Source: Fimbriosthenelais zetlandica
Taxonomy: Eukaryota
Assembly: GCA_977030845.1 (NCBI GenBank)
Contig: OZ365110.1
Coordinates: 32,302,001 to 32,366,000, forward strand
Length of the DNA stretch: 64,000 nucleotides
Reading direction: 5' to 3'
Below are positions 49,601-63,505 of this stretch, in pieces. The notes beneath the pieces were generated by a model. That model was given only the letters and a program-made list of their open reading frames with translations, was not told where the DNA came from and ran no database searches. The translations under genes were made by a program, and so were the position numbers. Numbering within the stretch: position 1 is the first letter of the stretch; the number at the start of each line of letters is the position of its first letter.

Positions 49601-52600
49601 TCATTTTAACTACCGGTATTGTGGATCCTTGAGAACAACCTCTTGAGCAAGGTGATCATCTCACTATGCGACCAGGAAATGGTCAGATATATTTGTTTCA
49701 ATAAAACATAATTCTGTACGCGGGTTTCGCGCTAACCGCTCACTAATTTGCCATTGCCGAATGATAAATTAATTTAGCGATTGTAAACAATATTTCGCGA
49801 AAAATTTGGCGAATAAGGGTTCATTTTTAGTGATGACAAAATTCCAATTCAAAGCCGAGATACTGGCGCCCAAAGTTGGTAGCCTAATATGGTTTCGAAG
49901 CGATGAATGCCATTCCATTTCCATGAATAGTAATTCATACAGTGTTTGGCGAGTCAAACATATTTTGGTCGAAAATTTGGCGAAAGAAATTACCGAATTG
50001 ACATTATCAAATTAACTATATCCTAATGTACTTATATGGCTTGCATATATGTGGAGGGCCACCTAATGTACATGTTGTCTATGAGCCAAGTGTTATTAAA
50101 TCCTCACCACTCAACACTTTCACAAATCCCATCTCATGCTCCTATTGCACCAATACGCTGTTCATCCAACTTGTTAAATTATAATGCATTATTTTGTTTC
50201 ATTTGTCACTAAAGATTTTAACCTTTAAAACACTGACAAAACACTGTTTTGTACAGTACATGTGGAAGACTGGCCACCAGCCAGGTGGAAAAAACCCTTA
50301 ATCTTAAATTTCATGCAAATTTCTTAGAAGCTAACCAACAATTAAATAAAATGTCACAAACCTCTTTTAGAGTTGAGAATATTTGCTCCCGAGTCTCGTG
50401 ATTGAGCTTGGAGGAGGTCCTCTACGCTCTTTGTGAAGTGATCGTTCAGTTCCTCGTACGTGTTTCCTTCATGTTTGTTCACCATGGAATCGAACATTGC
50501 TACATCACCAGGCCTAATGAGCCGCCTAAAAGGTCATTAAAAGAGAATTAACTCATTTTTTCTTTTTCAGTTACTCCAGTTTCCAATTTAAATCGTATAA
50601 TAATTTATAAACAAATAATCAAATAACATCTTTTGGAGTCTAAAAATACAGGACAGATTTGTAAAGCTGCAGACAGGAAAAAGAAGACAATATATAACAA
50701 TATTACAGAATAGAAATACCCAAAAGGTAGGAAGTGTAGAATGACAGAAAATAGCCATTAATTGCAGGTTTGTTTTAATCATACTATGAATATTACGTAG
50801 AATCAGCACAAATGACTCTGCCATTACGAATAGAAAGCACAGAATAATTAGGACAAAAGTGTGGAAAGTGATATTATAAAATTAATTATCTTACCGTATT
50901 TCAGTGAATAAAGCCCTCTTCTCTGTTGTATCTATTATGGCTTGCAGAGGTTTCATGAAGCCATCTAGGCTGCCTCCATTCTCATACTGAAATTAACATA
51001 CATTCAATCAATCAATCAATCAATCAAACAAGAGGGGGTAGTTTGAAAAAAATGATATTACACAGAATTGGCTCAAAAGATCCGTAATTTCAACCGTTGT
51101 TTCCGAATTCTCCGATTTACCCACATAGTGGAACCACGCATAAAGATCTATTTTTTAAAAGTGTTGTTGTTAATTTTGAGTTAATTAATAGAGATCATTT
51201 ACCCGTTTGATATGTCTTGTGACGGCAGTCACCTCGTCCTCCAGTAGCAGCCTCCGGGCATGTTCCTCCAGCATGTCAGCTGATCCGGTCTGGTGACTAG
51301 CTCCGTNNNNNNNNNNNNNNNNNNNNNNNNNNNNNNNNNNNNNNNNNNNNNNNNNNNNNNNNNNNNNNNNNNNNNNNNNNNNNNNNNNNNNNNNNNNNNN
51401 NNNNNNNNNNNNNNNNNNNNNNNNNNNNNNNNNNNNNNNNNNNNNNNNNNNNNNNNNNTGTCAGCTGCTACGGCTAAATTCATATAATTAATCGAACAAT
51501 TGATATTGAAACATTAAGATTACCTGAGATCCAACGCCGCGTACAAACTTGGCCGATTTAGGCATATCCTCTACATTTAACTCTATGGAATCTGTAACAT
51601 TTAATGAAATGAAAGCTATAGGATTAAATAACAAGAATGCAACTCATAGAAGCTATGATTTCCAATGAGTATTTTTCAGGCGCTAAAATAAAAGTTTTCA
51701 AAAACATAATTAACTTTTGGTCCTGATTCTCAATTGACCCTACGTTAATTCCATGAAGAATCAGATCCAAAGACAAAGTAAATTAGGTAGCTGCGCAATT
51801 GCAAATAGCCCTAATGTTAGGGGTGCCTACAGAGAATATCATTGCATTGCAGGTATATGGGAGGTATAGAAGGTCAAGATATCTGTAGGATGGGATATTT
51901 TAAAAGTAAAGAATACAGGATATTGTATGGACAACTGATTTTGTGATTAAAGAATAGGGAAATGTTGAGTTGCTAAAAGCTTCCTACCTGAAGCAGAGGC
52001 TGTGTTCCCAACCTGAGTGAAACCAAGATTGCTGAGAGGCTTGCGTGTCTTGTTCTTGGATGCTAAAGGCACTGCATTTGATAGGGGGAAAATTGGTAGG
52101 GATTTCAAAAAGGGTTTAAAAATATACTAAATGAAATCAGTACTGATCAAACATGTTCTGAAGTATTTAGCGAGAATATATATCAAAATCTGAAATTATA
52201 TTTTACTGGTATTCCTCGGGTAATAAGAAAACCTTGTATTTTAAAAAATCTATTTGTAAAAAAAAAATCTATTTAACTATACTATACTGAATGAAATAAT
52301 ATTTAAAACATGCAAACACATTGATAAATAATAAAACACATAATGGACAAACGGAATTATTTCGAAAGCCATAATAATATGAACATAAACATGTGCATTG
52401 AAATACATGTACATCTCTGGACGGACTAAATATCTCAAAAAGTACATGTGTAGATATAATGTGTTGCAAAAATCTACATACAAAAAAAATAAATAAACGT
52501 TTCCGTAAAAAAAATCTGGAATCCTACTCTAAATTCCTACGGTAAAGGACAAACCTGGCCTAAGATCCAAGGGCAAAGTGAATCGAACTAAATAAGAATA

Positions 52601-55600
52601 TAGCTTGATTGTTAGTAGGGCTAAAAGTGCTTTCTTTGCAAGGGAATAATAGTACTAATATAGTGAAAGCCTTCTTTATAATTGGATGATTAGTGCATAA
52701 TGCATGTACAAAACCAAGTTGAAATCTAAAAATTGAAATCTATAGGATAAAATAGTATTCATCAATTTAATGTTCAAAAACCACCTCCGGAGGCCTATCA
52801 AATATGTATTACTAAAAGTAGGTATTCTTATTGAATACATCATTGGTTGATTAAAATCGAAGGAAGGGTTGCGTTTTGGGTTAAGGTCATAGAGGATAAA
52901 TCAGTTGGCAATGCAGACAAAAACCCCATGGTATCACAAGCTACAACCATACTATCTGGCTAATATTTGGGAGACTTTAGGTCCTATGACCAGTCTCAGA
53001 AGAAGGCACACTAGCCAATTAATAGACTCATAAAATCATCAGCACTTTTCACAGTTTTCGGGGAACTCACCTTGATGTTTTGATTTAGCTCTTGACTTGG
53101 TCCCAAATAACATTTCACGGAAGGTTCGGTTCTTCTTCACGTTCAACTCTATGTCTTCAAACTGTCTCGGGTTAATATCTGGATAAAAAAGATTTAAATT
53201 TTATTATATTTATTATTGCCATTTCAGTATAGGTCCCAGATATTCCACCAGTTTGCCACATTCAATGGTCCCATACTGTTACTGGCATTCCGGACGAGTG
53301 TTCTAACATCTAGACTAGACTATCTCAACTCCACAATTGACATATAGATTTTAGGACAATATGCAGTAGCATCGACGAAATTTTCCATGACAAATTCTTA
53401 AAATCTTACAAGGAAAATCGGAGCCTTAAATCAGCACTTACCTCCGGGATTCCTCAAGCTCTGCACCCTCTCTCGCTCTGCTTTGTGAATCTTCTTCATC
53501 TCCTCTGGCATATTCTCTAGCTGCAGAGCCAGCACACCTATCTGTGATTTTGGAGCTGCGTTCTTCTTCTTGGAGAAAGGCTTTAGCGCTATCCTCTCCT
53601 CTTTACCGTTATGATTCTCGCCAGTGACGACACCCTCGTCGTTTTTCTCCTGCAGTATGACATCGCGACTGTGCGGTAGAAGCATAGACTCAAAGTGCTC
53701 AAGTACAGCATCGGGGTTGTCGAGTGCAGTCTCCCTTGTACTGGGGTCGGATGCTGTTGGGGAATTCGGGATAGTTAAACGTGCATTGTCAGGGAATGAC
53801 ATGACCTGTTCTTGTTCTTCCATGTCAGATTCAAGATCATCCACGTCTTGAAGGAGACTGGGGATACCAGCGCTCGTTCGACTGTCGTCATGGACGGTGT
53901 TGTTGTCAAGGTTGTCTTCATCTGGGTCATCTTGGTGGATGTTGTTACCATGATGGAAGCGGTTACCGTGGTGGTTGGGGAGGGGTCCCGCACGGCTGTC
54001 GACGACAGTGTCCTCGGGGACTTCCATGAAGCTGCCGTCAGCCGCACCAAAACCCTCATGTATCATGGCTGGGGTGACGGGCACTGAGTTGATGAGACCA
54101 GATCCTGGTTGGGTGGAAAAGAGGAAAAATTATTCTAAAATCAATGTTTGTTTAATGGGTTTAACATGGCTTACAATTATTTTTCAGTTATCTCATGACA
54201 GTGCCTAGTTGCTACAGTTGATCATTGAGGTATCACGTCGCAGGCACATGACATGATACCTCACAGTCACATTATCCCGACCCCAGGCCGACCAGTCCTA
54301 GTACTGTCCTCTTAGAGCTGATTGCCAAGCGAGGGAGTTAACAATTTTTAATTCTATGGTTTTACCCGGCTGCGGTTCGAACTGGCGACCTTCCACACAC
54401 GGGGCAGACACACTAACAACTACTGTCTACACCACCGTGGTGGCCCTGTAGAAAATGTGGGTAGCAATATGTGTACATTAGCATAACGGTCACCTTACCC
54501 TAGCGGTCATCTCACATAGCAGCTGTTTAAAATTATATTCATAATAGTAGTCACATCACATAATGTCTAGTAAAACGTGGGAACCAAGGGTGGACGTAAT
54601 AGTGAGGTTCCACTGTATCCATATATCACAGTAAACTGTAGGTGTATCGATTTCAACAAGAAATTAACGTGAAATAAAATATTGGAATGGTAAGATTTCA
54701 AAGAATGTATTATATTAAACCAGATGATGATAGTGAAGAATTCAGAATTCACAGAAAATGCCTAGCCAAATCCAGGGGCCTATTGCGTAAGAAAAATGTG
54801 CCGCGTTTCTCATGAAACGACCCCCCATCACCATCTTGTGTGTACCACTTTATTAAAAATAGGTAATGTTTAAAAAGCTAATGTTTTATAGTTTTTTGTT
54901 TTTGTTTTTTTAATGTTTTTTTGTTGTAATTTCAAACCTTAATAAAAATATGTGTTTGGGAAGGGAGGCAAATGCCTTTGGTGAAATGAAGCTCAAGCAT
55001 TATGAACAAGGCAACCTTTTGCATATATTTATAAGCAATCAAAAAGGTGAATTTTATAAATTCCCAATGCTGTGAATTATTTAATGGTTTATGTACACAT
55101 CTATATCTAGGTGAAGTCAATCCAAATCATAGCAAGATGCCGACAATAAAATATCCATGATTTTTTTGAGATGTAACATTCAAATCAATGCAGCCAAATG
55201 AACTGAAGCATCAATTATTACTTATTATTTCTTTTGGGAGTGGGAAAGGAGAAGTGAACGGAAATGCAGCTTTCTCGGCGGATGGAGTAAAGTGGGGTAG
55301 AAAACAAAGGGACAAGGGTTGAACTGGGAACAAAAAGATAAAATTTCAAGGACCAGGGTGGAGTGAGCAGGGGCCTGTTTCATAAACAAGATGCGCTATA
55401 GACTTACCATTGACGTATTTTTTTTATGGAACATGCCTCAAGTGAACAAAGAACAAGGAGACTGAAGGACAGACAGACAATGAGGCAGACAGGGACAGAC
55501 AAACAGTTTGACTAATCTCGATGCCTATACTTGAGTCCAGGGAGGGCATACGGCCGGGTACCGACTATCATGATAGACCACTAGGATAGCAGTTAAGCGA

Positions 55601-58600
55601 CACCGAAAACACCAAATATTCTTTTTTACAGAATTTTTTGAGAATATGAATTTCATACATTTGATTAAATATAATTGGGTCAGGTGGTTAGAGCGCCAGA
55701 TCAATCAGGGGGTTGACCAAAGATCGAAGGGTCGGCGGTTCAATCTCCCGAGCTGCCCAAGGCATTTAAATGCCTCCCTGCTTCGGGTGTGTTTTACATA
55801 TATGTTCTAGAGCACATTGCACCTAGAAATATCCATTGCACACAAGGCAATGTAGTAATTTAATGCACATAGAAATGAGCTCCGAATACAAAACTTGAGT
55901 AATCAAGAGTAGGAGCTGGTATTCACCCATAACATGGCTCAATAAAAATTCCTTTAGAAATTCAAGGACCGCAATCCGCCTGATTTCTTGCGGTCTGATC
56001 CAAATTTGTGGACGGCCCTTGAGGTATCTGATGGAAAGTATAACCGCAGGGCCGCAAGTGAAAAAAAACTTCAGTGGAGTAGACCCTATAGCCTTTCTAA
56101 AATTATTTGAAATCTTAGTGGACTATCGTAATAGTAGTTCCACCCCTTTAGAACCGTAGGTCCCAACCGAACTCAAGCCGTCCCAGAGTATAGTCATGAA
56201 TCCATGAAAATGGGGAATATACATTGATGACTGAGGAATGCATTCATGTGGTGGAGAAGTGATCGGAGGCATGGCCATCTTGAAGTACAAAAATGAGAGA
56301 AAGCGAGAAAAATCTGACCAGAAAACAAGGAGTTAGAGTGAGATGCTGATTTGTTGGGAAACATACGTTTCGGCCTTCCTTCTGGATCTATGATTGTGAA
56401 GGCTATAGTATCGAAGGAAAAGTGAAATGGAAATGATTATTTTTTCACTTTTCTTCACATTTTCGGGTACATAATAAATGTCATTCCGATTTTTAGAGGT
56501 GAAATCCATTCGTGTGACTTTAATTTATGCTTAAATTTGATGGGATTTCTTAGATGTTATTTATAATTCTGAGAATAATCAGAGACCATATATACTTCTT
56601 ATATGGTCTCTGGAATGATTAAGGGTCCAGCTGCCATCAAATTACAGGCAAATTTACAAATTCCATGCTCAAAAATTCTTAAAGGTCCAAGGGGTTCATA
56701 TACATGACTCGGAAGGGTGAGGGTAATATTATAATATATTACGTAATTATGGTGGGTCACACAACTCATTGGAAACAGTTGGAAGCAAAATTATTCATTC
56801 CCATTACAAGTTATACTCAATGGAGAAATGGCAATTCTTTTAGGTTGTTTTAACCAAAGTAAAATTTAATTTGATATTTTGCTGATAAGCATAAATTGTA
56901 ATGGTGCTCTAATAATTTTGGGCCGCAAATGATTCATTGGTGCATTAAGAGAGAGGATAGAACTGTACCAAATTGCTGCTTCCGGTATATTCCTGGAAAA
57001 AACAATGGAAATAGATCTCTTACTAAATAATAGGAGCAGGTTTTCGCTAAAAATACATCAAAAATACCCCAAACAGCACAAGTTTTAACCTGTAAACTAA
57101 CTAGAATTCAAAACGGACTAACAATCATCCTTCAAAAACGATAGAAAATAACAGCGGTTAAATTTCGCATAGGGTTAAAATGCATAGGCTACATTATAAG
57201 AAATCTACAAACATCGGGCAATCAATGATTAGGGAACTTCCGAAGCAGCCACTAAATTTAAAGTTCTGTTCAAAAGTTTAAATATCCCTAAATTTCCCAC
57301 GAAAAGAAAAATTTATTGATAAGAAATGTTCAAGCAAACAAACACAGAATTAGACACAATAGGGATTCCGTCTAAAGGGATCTAGTAATGATTAGTACAA
57401 CGAAAACTTTAAAATCTCAGGAAATTTCTACATTAATAGAGAACTCATTTGAGTCAATAAATATGTATTTCAATTACACTCAGTTAGCTCATGATTAGTG
57501 GACACGGCAAAGACAAACTGTGAATTCACAGGCTCATTATGGCATATTACCTTTATATTTCTTATGGGTACCTGGACAATGGCATAAACCCAAAGTTACT
57601 GGGAATTTAACAATATGGCAACAAAGAGATGGAAACAAGAGATTGGACAGTTGCAATCTTTCTCCAAAACGCAAAAACAAAATCCACAATTATGGAACAA
57701 GTCGTGAAAAATCCGAGGTAATTAATCCCTCAATACAGATTTATTATCAACATTTCAATACTTTATTTTGAATCTTTTAAAATTATTTTTAGCTGTACTA
57801 GGTGCCTCGCGAATTACTTGGTTGGGAAATAAATATGCAGCCACAGGAAGAATGGCAGGATGAAAAATACAGTTGAATTTAACACATGAATTAAAATTAA
57901 AAGTTATAAATCATAAACTTACGGGAGCGCGTCACACCTCCAGTCAGTGTATCTATCCAGCTGTACTCGGCGTAGATCTCTTTAAATGCCGGGTATTTCG
58001 CAACATCCTGGAAAAAAAGAATAAATATGCATTACATTTCACTTGAAGGATATCACTAAAATATCAAAAAGGGCTCATAAAAACCGCTATCCGCGTTCAA
58101 TGAATGAATGAATGAATGAATGAATGAATGAATGAATGAATCAATCATCATGAATGAATCAATGCATGAATCAATCAATCAATCCACTGGATGAATGAGT
58201 GGACGAATAAGGTACAGAATTCTTACCCTGACAGTCATGATGAGTGTTTTATGAGCACGTAGCACGTCCACAGCGTCACTGTGACTGATGTGTTCAAAAC
58301 TCCGGTTATTTACAGCAATGATCTGATCCCCGATCTTCAGACCAAACTGTTCAGCCACACCTCCAGGATCAACCCTGTAGAAAAAGAGCAAGGGTTTAGC
58401 AAGGCAATATATCGCAAAATTGAATGCATATTATCTTGTCAAAGAGCAAAACGTCTGCTAAAGAATAAGAAAAGTTATCACTTAGAGAATATAGTCATAG
58501 GATTTTTTTTGCTCGCATTTTGTTACAGAGAACTAGCAGTAAGTACAATACATCTATTGCATTTTTGTCGAGTGTGAAATGTTTTGTGGACAGTCATGAT

Positions 58601-61493
58601 TCGACCATGCCGTCCCACCAATATTGTAACAATATTAGTTTTTGACAGGTATCTTGAAAGGTACGATTAAAACGGTTGACAGATATAATAAAAAAAACAC
58701 TAAACAGAAAAGAATTACAAAATTCTCTTAATAAGACATACACATAAAAATTATATTATTCATAAAATAATATGAATTAAATTTGAAACTAAACCAAAAT
58801 CTTCACATTACAGTGTATTTAGTGAACATCCAAACAAACAAATGTCAACTTATAAAATGCCAGATCATTTTACCCTTTATGAAAAGGGTCCCAATCTCAA
58901 AGATACAAGAAAACGAAAGATGCACACTACTCACTTGGACACATAGACCCCAAGACCGTACTCGCTCCCACCTCTTACATTGAAGCCGAGAAACTGATTT
59001 TCTTTGGTCAGAGAAAGATGAATCCTTCGCTCGATGACACCGTCCACAAAGGACATCCCGGCAGGGAAATGGAAGGTGCCATGATCTTCATAAGATCCCT
59101 CTACCAGTCTCCCTTCGTCAATATCGTACCAGGAAGTTTTCTCACGGGCGAACTTGAAGCCGGGTATTTTGCCCACTCGCTGGATGGTTATTTTTAAGCG
59201 TGCCGTGCCCGTAAGAACCTTCACTGCACTACTAGATGCAATGTTCTCAAACTTTATAGAGTTGACTTCGAGAATGTGGTCGCCTGGTTCGATGCCTGCC
59301 CGGTCTGTAAGAAAGAATGGAATACGTTCGTGATGCAAATTTAGTGATTAAAATGTATGGGCTTCAGGAAAGCTATTTTATTTTTACGTACATGTATACT
59401 GTAATTTATATTATTGTCAAAAAGCCAAATAATTGACCTCGCCCAAATTCTATATCAAGAAATAGGTACACTGTATCAGGGAACTGACTACATAATAAAA
59501 ATGGAGAAAACAACATGAAAAATTGCACTTTATCTTACTATTCTTATAATAATTATTATTAATCAAAGGTCGAGGTATTAAAACTTGAGTAAAATGGTAC
59601 AAAAATGGATAATATAAAATATTTCATATTCTTCGCAAACAGGTTCAATGAGGGATTTTATCCAAAATTAATAATAACAGTGCACTGATTATGTTAAAAA
59701 AAAGGGCAGACATTTTAACTATTTCCCCAAACAAGTGTAAAGGAAAAAGTATACAATTTCTTTTTCAGTTCATAGATTAAAAGTTCAGGAAGAACATTAA
59801 CTTTGACGGACCTGCGGGTGAATGCTCGATCAATTCACTAACGAAGATACCAAGTCCGTGTTCTGACCCTCCCCGTACACTAAAGCCTAGGTTGTCATCA
59901 GGCTCTCTCGTTAGTAAAACGGTCTTCACTGGACCAGTATTACCAGCATCTGAAATAGTAAACAACCAACAGAGTAAGGCTTGAAATAAGAAATATCGCA
60001 TCGCAGTAACAACCTAATGCAGAGTAACATCGGAAATCATCTATAAAAAATTCTTAAAGGATTCGTATCAGTTCCGACTAAATAAAAATCAGTTATAATT
60101 AAAATTTTGCAATTGGAAATTGCGCTTGAATTGGGTCAACATTTCTAAAACCAGGATTTTTCAAAAGAACAACAATCAAGGGACTGGTCCAAAGTTTTTA
60201 TCCATGAGACTGACATGTAAAACATTTCTCGGTTTTCTGAAACGATAAATGTGCTTCAGATAATGATAAATGCAATATCAATTAATGCAAATTAGAATTC
60301 CAATACATTGCATTAAACCAGCTTTTGATGGCTCAGTCAATATCCCATTGTTCCCTGTTTTCATTGGGGTCCTATAGCGATTAAGATTCAATAAATGCAT
60401 TATCGATTTCTATCTATAAAAGACACAATTCCAACCAAGGTCTTGTACCAATACTTCACAGCCTAAAAGCCAATATTGACATTCATTTTATGTAGCTACT
60501 AGTATATTACATTATTCAATGAAAACATTTACATGATATAAGTCAAGTTTGCAGCCTGGGATTTTTTTTTCTTTGACTCTAATTTCATACATACATGTAT
60601 AAAATGCACAGGGTATTATGTGATAAAATTGAGCTGTGGTACACCTGGAAACGCTATTCAATTAAAATTCTATGGGGCATAACGTCACTTTTAACAAATT
60701 TCCCTTAATATCATGAAGGTGCCTACTTGTCACAATGAGCCCAATGATCGTGCAGTGTTCTATGCACTGCTGGCTCACTGAGGTATCACGTCGCAGGCAC
60801 ATGACATGATACCTCACCCAGTCACATTATATTGACCCCAGGTCGTCCAGTCCTATCACTGTCAAGTGTACTGCTGAGTGCCAAGCGAGGGAGCAACAAG
60901 TAGGCTACTAATCTTAAATCTTTGGTTTGACCCGTACGCGGTTCGAACCGGCGACCTTCTACACACGGGGCAGACACACTGCCGTGGTGGTGATCATAAT
61001 AAATTAATAATGAATACTTACTGGGATCTTCTGGTAATCTGCGACTCGGTGTTTGCGGGGAAGACATCACAGACCTTGCCTTGCGCCCCAGACTCATCGT
61101 CCCACTAATATTGTTCATTACTCGTTTATCTTTCTGAGAATATAACCGACCCAGACTATTATAATTATGCACGGGACTAAAATCCTCAGGTGATCTCAAC
61201 TGTATTGGATTAGCCATCTTATGGTACGGAGCCAACTGATCAAACCTAGCCAGATGTACTGTAGGTATGAAATAACGTATATCCATCAGTAGATCCATTT
61301 TGGCCGGAGTGTCCAATGCGCGATGCAGATTACTAACCAAAAGCTCCACTTGTCTATGGGATTGGTAATCTTTCAGGACACCATAAAGGTATTTTCTATC
61401 TCTGTCATTTAGCATTAGTTTGGCTTTGCGCTGGAAATCTTTCAGATGGATCTTGCGCTGTTGGTAATGGTAGTATCTGGGATCCACTGCCAT
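46655..61493 (-). CDS. PDZD7: PDZD7-like Usher-complex scaffold (HHD-PDZ1-PDZ2-linker-HHD-Pro-rich-PDZ3), ~1500 aa
   Basis: Exons 61493-61022, 59949-59812, 59304-58935, 58374-58227, 58007-57923, 54104-53442, 53178-53071, 52071-51988, 51591-51524, (gap)-51203, 50986-50895, 50525-50362, ~49609-47873, 47219-47119, 46789-46655; phases are consistent. Motifs resembling recalled PDZD7: SAVKVLT, KIPGFKFAREKTSW, KYPAFKEIYAEYSW, AVTRH, FDSMV, LGISISGG, VFPGGAA, IRRSYSNK. Small linker exons and the 49609 acceptor are less certain. Confidence 0.85.
47365..47810. repeat. ~53-bp minisatellite (~8 diverged copies) in a PDZD7 intron
   Basis: Unit gccaatgggcaaatgccaggctgagttatgcaagaccaaccagcctgtcagat; explains ORFs 47345-47617 and 47368-47796. 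Confidence 0.88.
51307..51458. other. Assembly gap (152 N) hiding the 5' part of a PDZD7 exon
   Basis: The coding frame GASHQTGSADMLEEHARRLLLEDEVTAVTRHIKR emerges directly from the N run. Confidence 0.95.
54190..54446 (-). mobile_element. tRNA-headed MESC-like SINE
   Basis: Minus strand: ccaccacggtggtgtag (A-box-like), gttcgaacc (B-box), then ctccctcgcttggca...ggactggtcggcctggggtcgggataatgtgact body. Paralogous to 60674-60990. Confidence 0.75.
55677..55790 (+). mobile_element. Possible tRNA-derived SINE head (different family)
   Basis: tggttagagcg (A-box-like) and ggttcaatctc (B-box-like); no cloverleaf and no body recognised. Confidence 0.3.
58100..58185. repeat. (ATGA)n/(ATCA)n tetranucleotide microsatellite
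   Basis: Directly visible; a second (ATCA)n lies at ~51003-51027. Confidence 0.92.
60674..60990 (-). mobile_element. Near full-length MESC-like SINE in PDZD7 intron 1
   Basis: tRNA-like head with gttcgaacc, conserved body, 3' tail ttgttaaaagtgacgttatgcccca; shares tgaggtatcacgtcgcaggcacatgacatgatacctca with the 54.2 kb copy. Confidence 0.8.
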
Positions 61494-61784
61494 GGTTGTG
61501 TATGACGTAATGTGCCAAAATTAGATTGAAGGGTGAGGTTTGATTTTAGGGGTGGTAAGTACAAGGGTGCATGGTGGGTTAGTCAGACTATCGGTAGTGG
61601 ACTTTATGACCAGGTTGATCTGGGTTTGGATGATGGTGGCTGTCATCCTCCTCTACAAACTGCATTCTCATCCATGGGTGATCACATCGTTAGAAAATCT
61701 GAAAAATGGAGGAAAAATGTTGTTGACACTACTTGAACTGTTCAGAAGTTCTTGTTGATTGGCAACTATATATATGTCTATTTT

Positions 61785-62175
61785 ACACACCTCTCACAAT
61801 AGACATGCCTCTCACGAGAGTGGGAAACTTGTCTGGCCATTTACGTGCATCCCATAACAGAGAGTGGGTCGTATGGCTAGACTTTTACATGCCTCTCATA
61901 ACAGTGGGATATATGGCTGGCCTTTTACATGCCTCTCATAAAAGTGGGAGACATGTGGCTAGCCTTTTACATGCCTCTCGTGATAGTGAGAGATATGGCT
62001 GACCTTTTAAATGCCTCACATAATAGTGGGAGACACGGCTGGCCTTTTAAATGCCTCTCATAATACTAGTGGGAGATACTGGTGGCCTTTCACATGCCTC
62101 TCACAGTGGGTAACTAAAATGGCTGCCCTTTTACATGTCACTCATCATAGACAGTGGCAGACATTTCTGGCCTTA
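61785..62175. repeat. ~41-bp diverged minisatellite (~10 copies)
   Basis: Unit ccttttacatgcctctcataacagtgggagatatggctgg. Confidence 0.85.
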
Positions 62176-63505
62176 GATGACCCAGTTAGCAGCACAATGT
62201 GAACCATGCATGATTAGACAGCTGCTGCTGCAACGGCTATCTCCATATTCATAAATGGAACCTATGTAATTTACACACTGCAGTAACAAGTACCAGCCAC
62301 TATAGGCTGCATGAAATATCATAAACGTCATATCTGAATTTAAAGTTCAAACAAATCGTTGCTAGAAGTCAATGGAGACAGCTGTTGCAACGGTTATCCT
62401 AATTAATGCATTTGAGTATAATAAAAAATATAAGACTTAGTAGATTAGCCTATTTAATAACATCAAAATTTTTACCATCGAGCAAAAAATAATGTTATCG
62501 ATGGAGGCCTGCCATAGGCATAAATTAATCTTACCATAGATAGCTGCTCCAAATTATTAGCCAATAGGTAGGTCTACCATAGACTAAATAGAGGCAGTGA
62601 ATTTGTAGGCGTATAATTCATCCCAAAGAATTTCAAGTTTTTGCATTAAACAATTATGTCGGAGCGGTTGGTCTTCCACTAAAATTAATAAGAATTATTT
62701 CAATGTGTGTTAATCCTCGATAATGCCTACCCTACAGGTTTAGACGTGCAACACATTACAAGGCTGCTTTAAATTGCTGTTCAATGAAATTCCTGCTTGC
62801 AAAATAGAGTAAACATAGCCATTGGGAATCGTGTCAGAACTTGTGACAGTGCTCCCTAAATTCATTCACGAGATCCAGCTGAGGGATTTAAATAGTGATT
62901 TCGTTAGTGGTGGGCCTTACCTAACTATTTAGACTTATTTTAATGATCATTAGTTAATTTGCCCCCTCATTGAAGCACATCACTTAACCCTGGGAGATGA
63001 TAAATTACAGTACAATGCATACCTAGCAATGCAATCAATAGGCCTGCCCAGGCAAATAGATTATAGACTAGTCAGGTCAAATCCATATCCGTTCCTTGCA
63101 TGCATGTCATAATAAATCATTCATGATATGGACACGTAGTCGTACATGAACATTTTATGGAAGCCCAACCCTTTCTTACAGGTCAAAGGTAATCAATATG
63201 TACCTTAAGTTATGTATTCGGATATAAAAAGGGAAAAGGGGGGAAAATAGAACTAGGGAAGCAGTGAGCCCCTCCCTCTAGCCTACTAGTGTAGCTCTAC
63301 TCCTCCGAGCTGTCACTAGTGTCAGTGTCACGGCCACGGGCCGACACGCTTGACTGACGATGGGCAGAGCAGCAGGTGCGTGAACTCTAACAGTTAAAAC
63401 TCGATAAACAAACCGTATTTTAATTAATTTAACAGAAAACGCTACTTATCATGTCTATTTTGTCATGGTGGTATGCGTTATGCATGTAGAATATCGGACA
63501 CTCAC

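Noticed and set aside
60822-61021. C-terminal 66 aa of ORF 60822-61493
   Set aside because: Read-through past the GTAAGT donor at 61021 into intron and SINE sequence.
46655-61493. Gene symbol WHRN
   Set aside because: The domain layout fits whirlin, but the residue-level motifs of all PDZs match PDZD7 better; phylogeny is needed to settle it.
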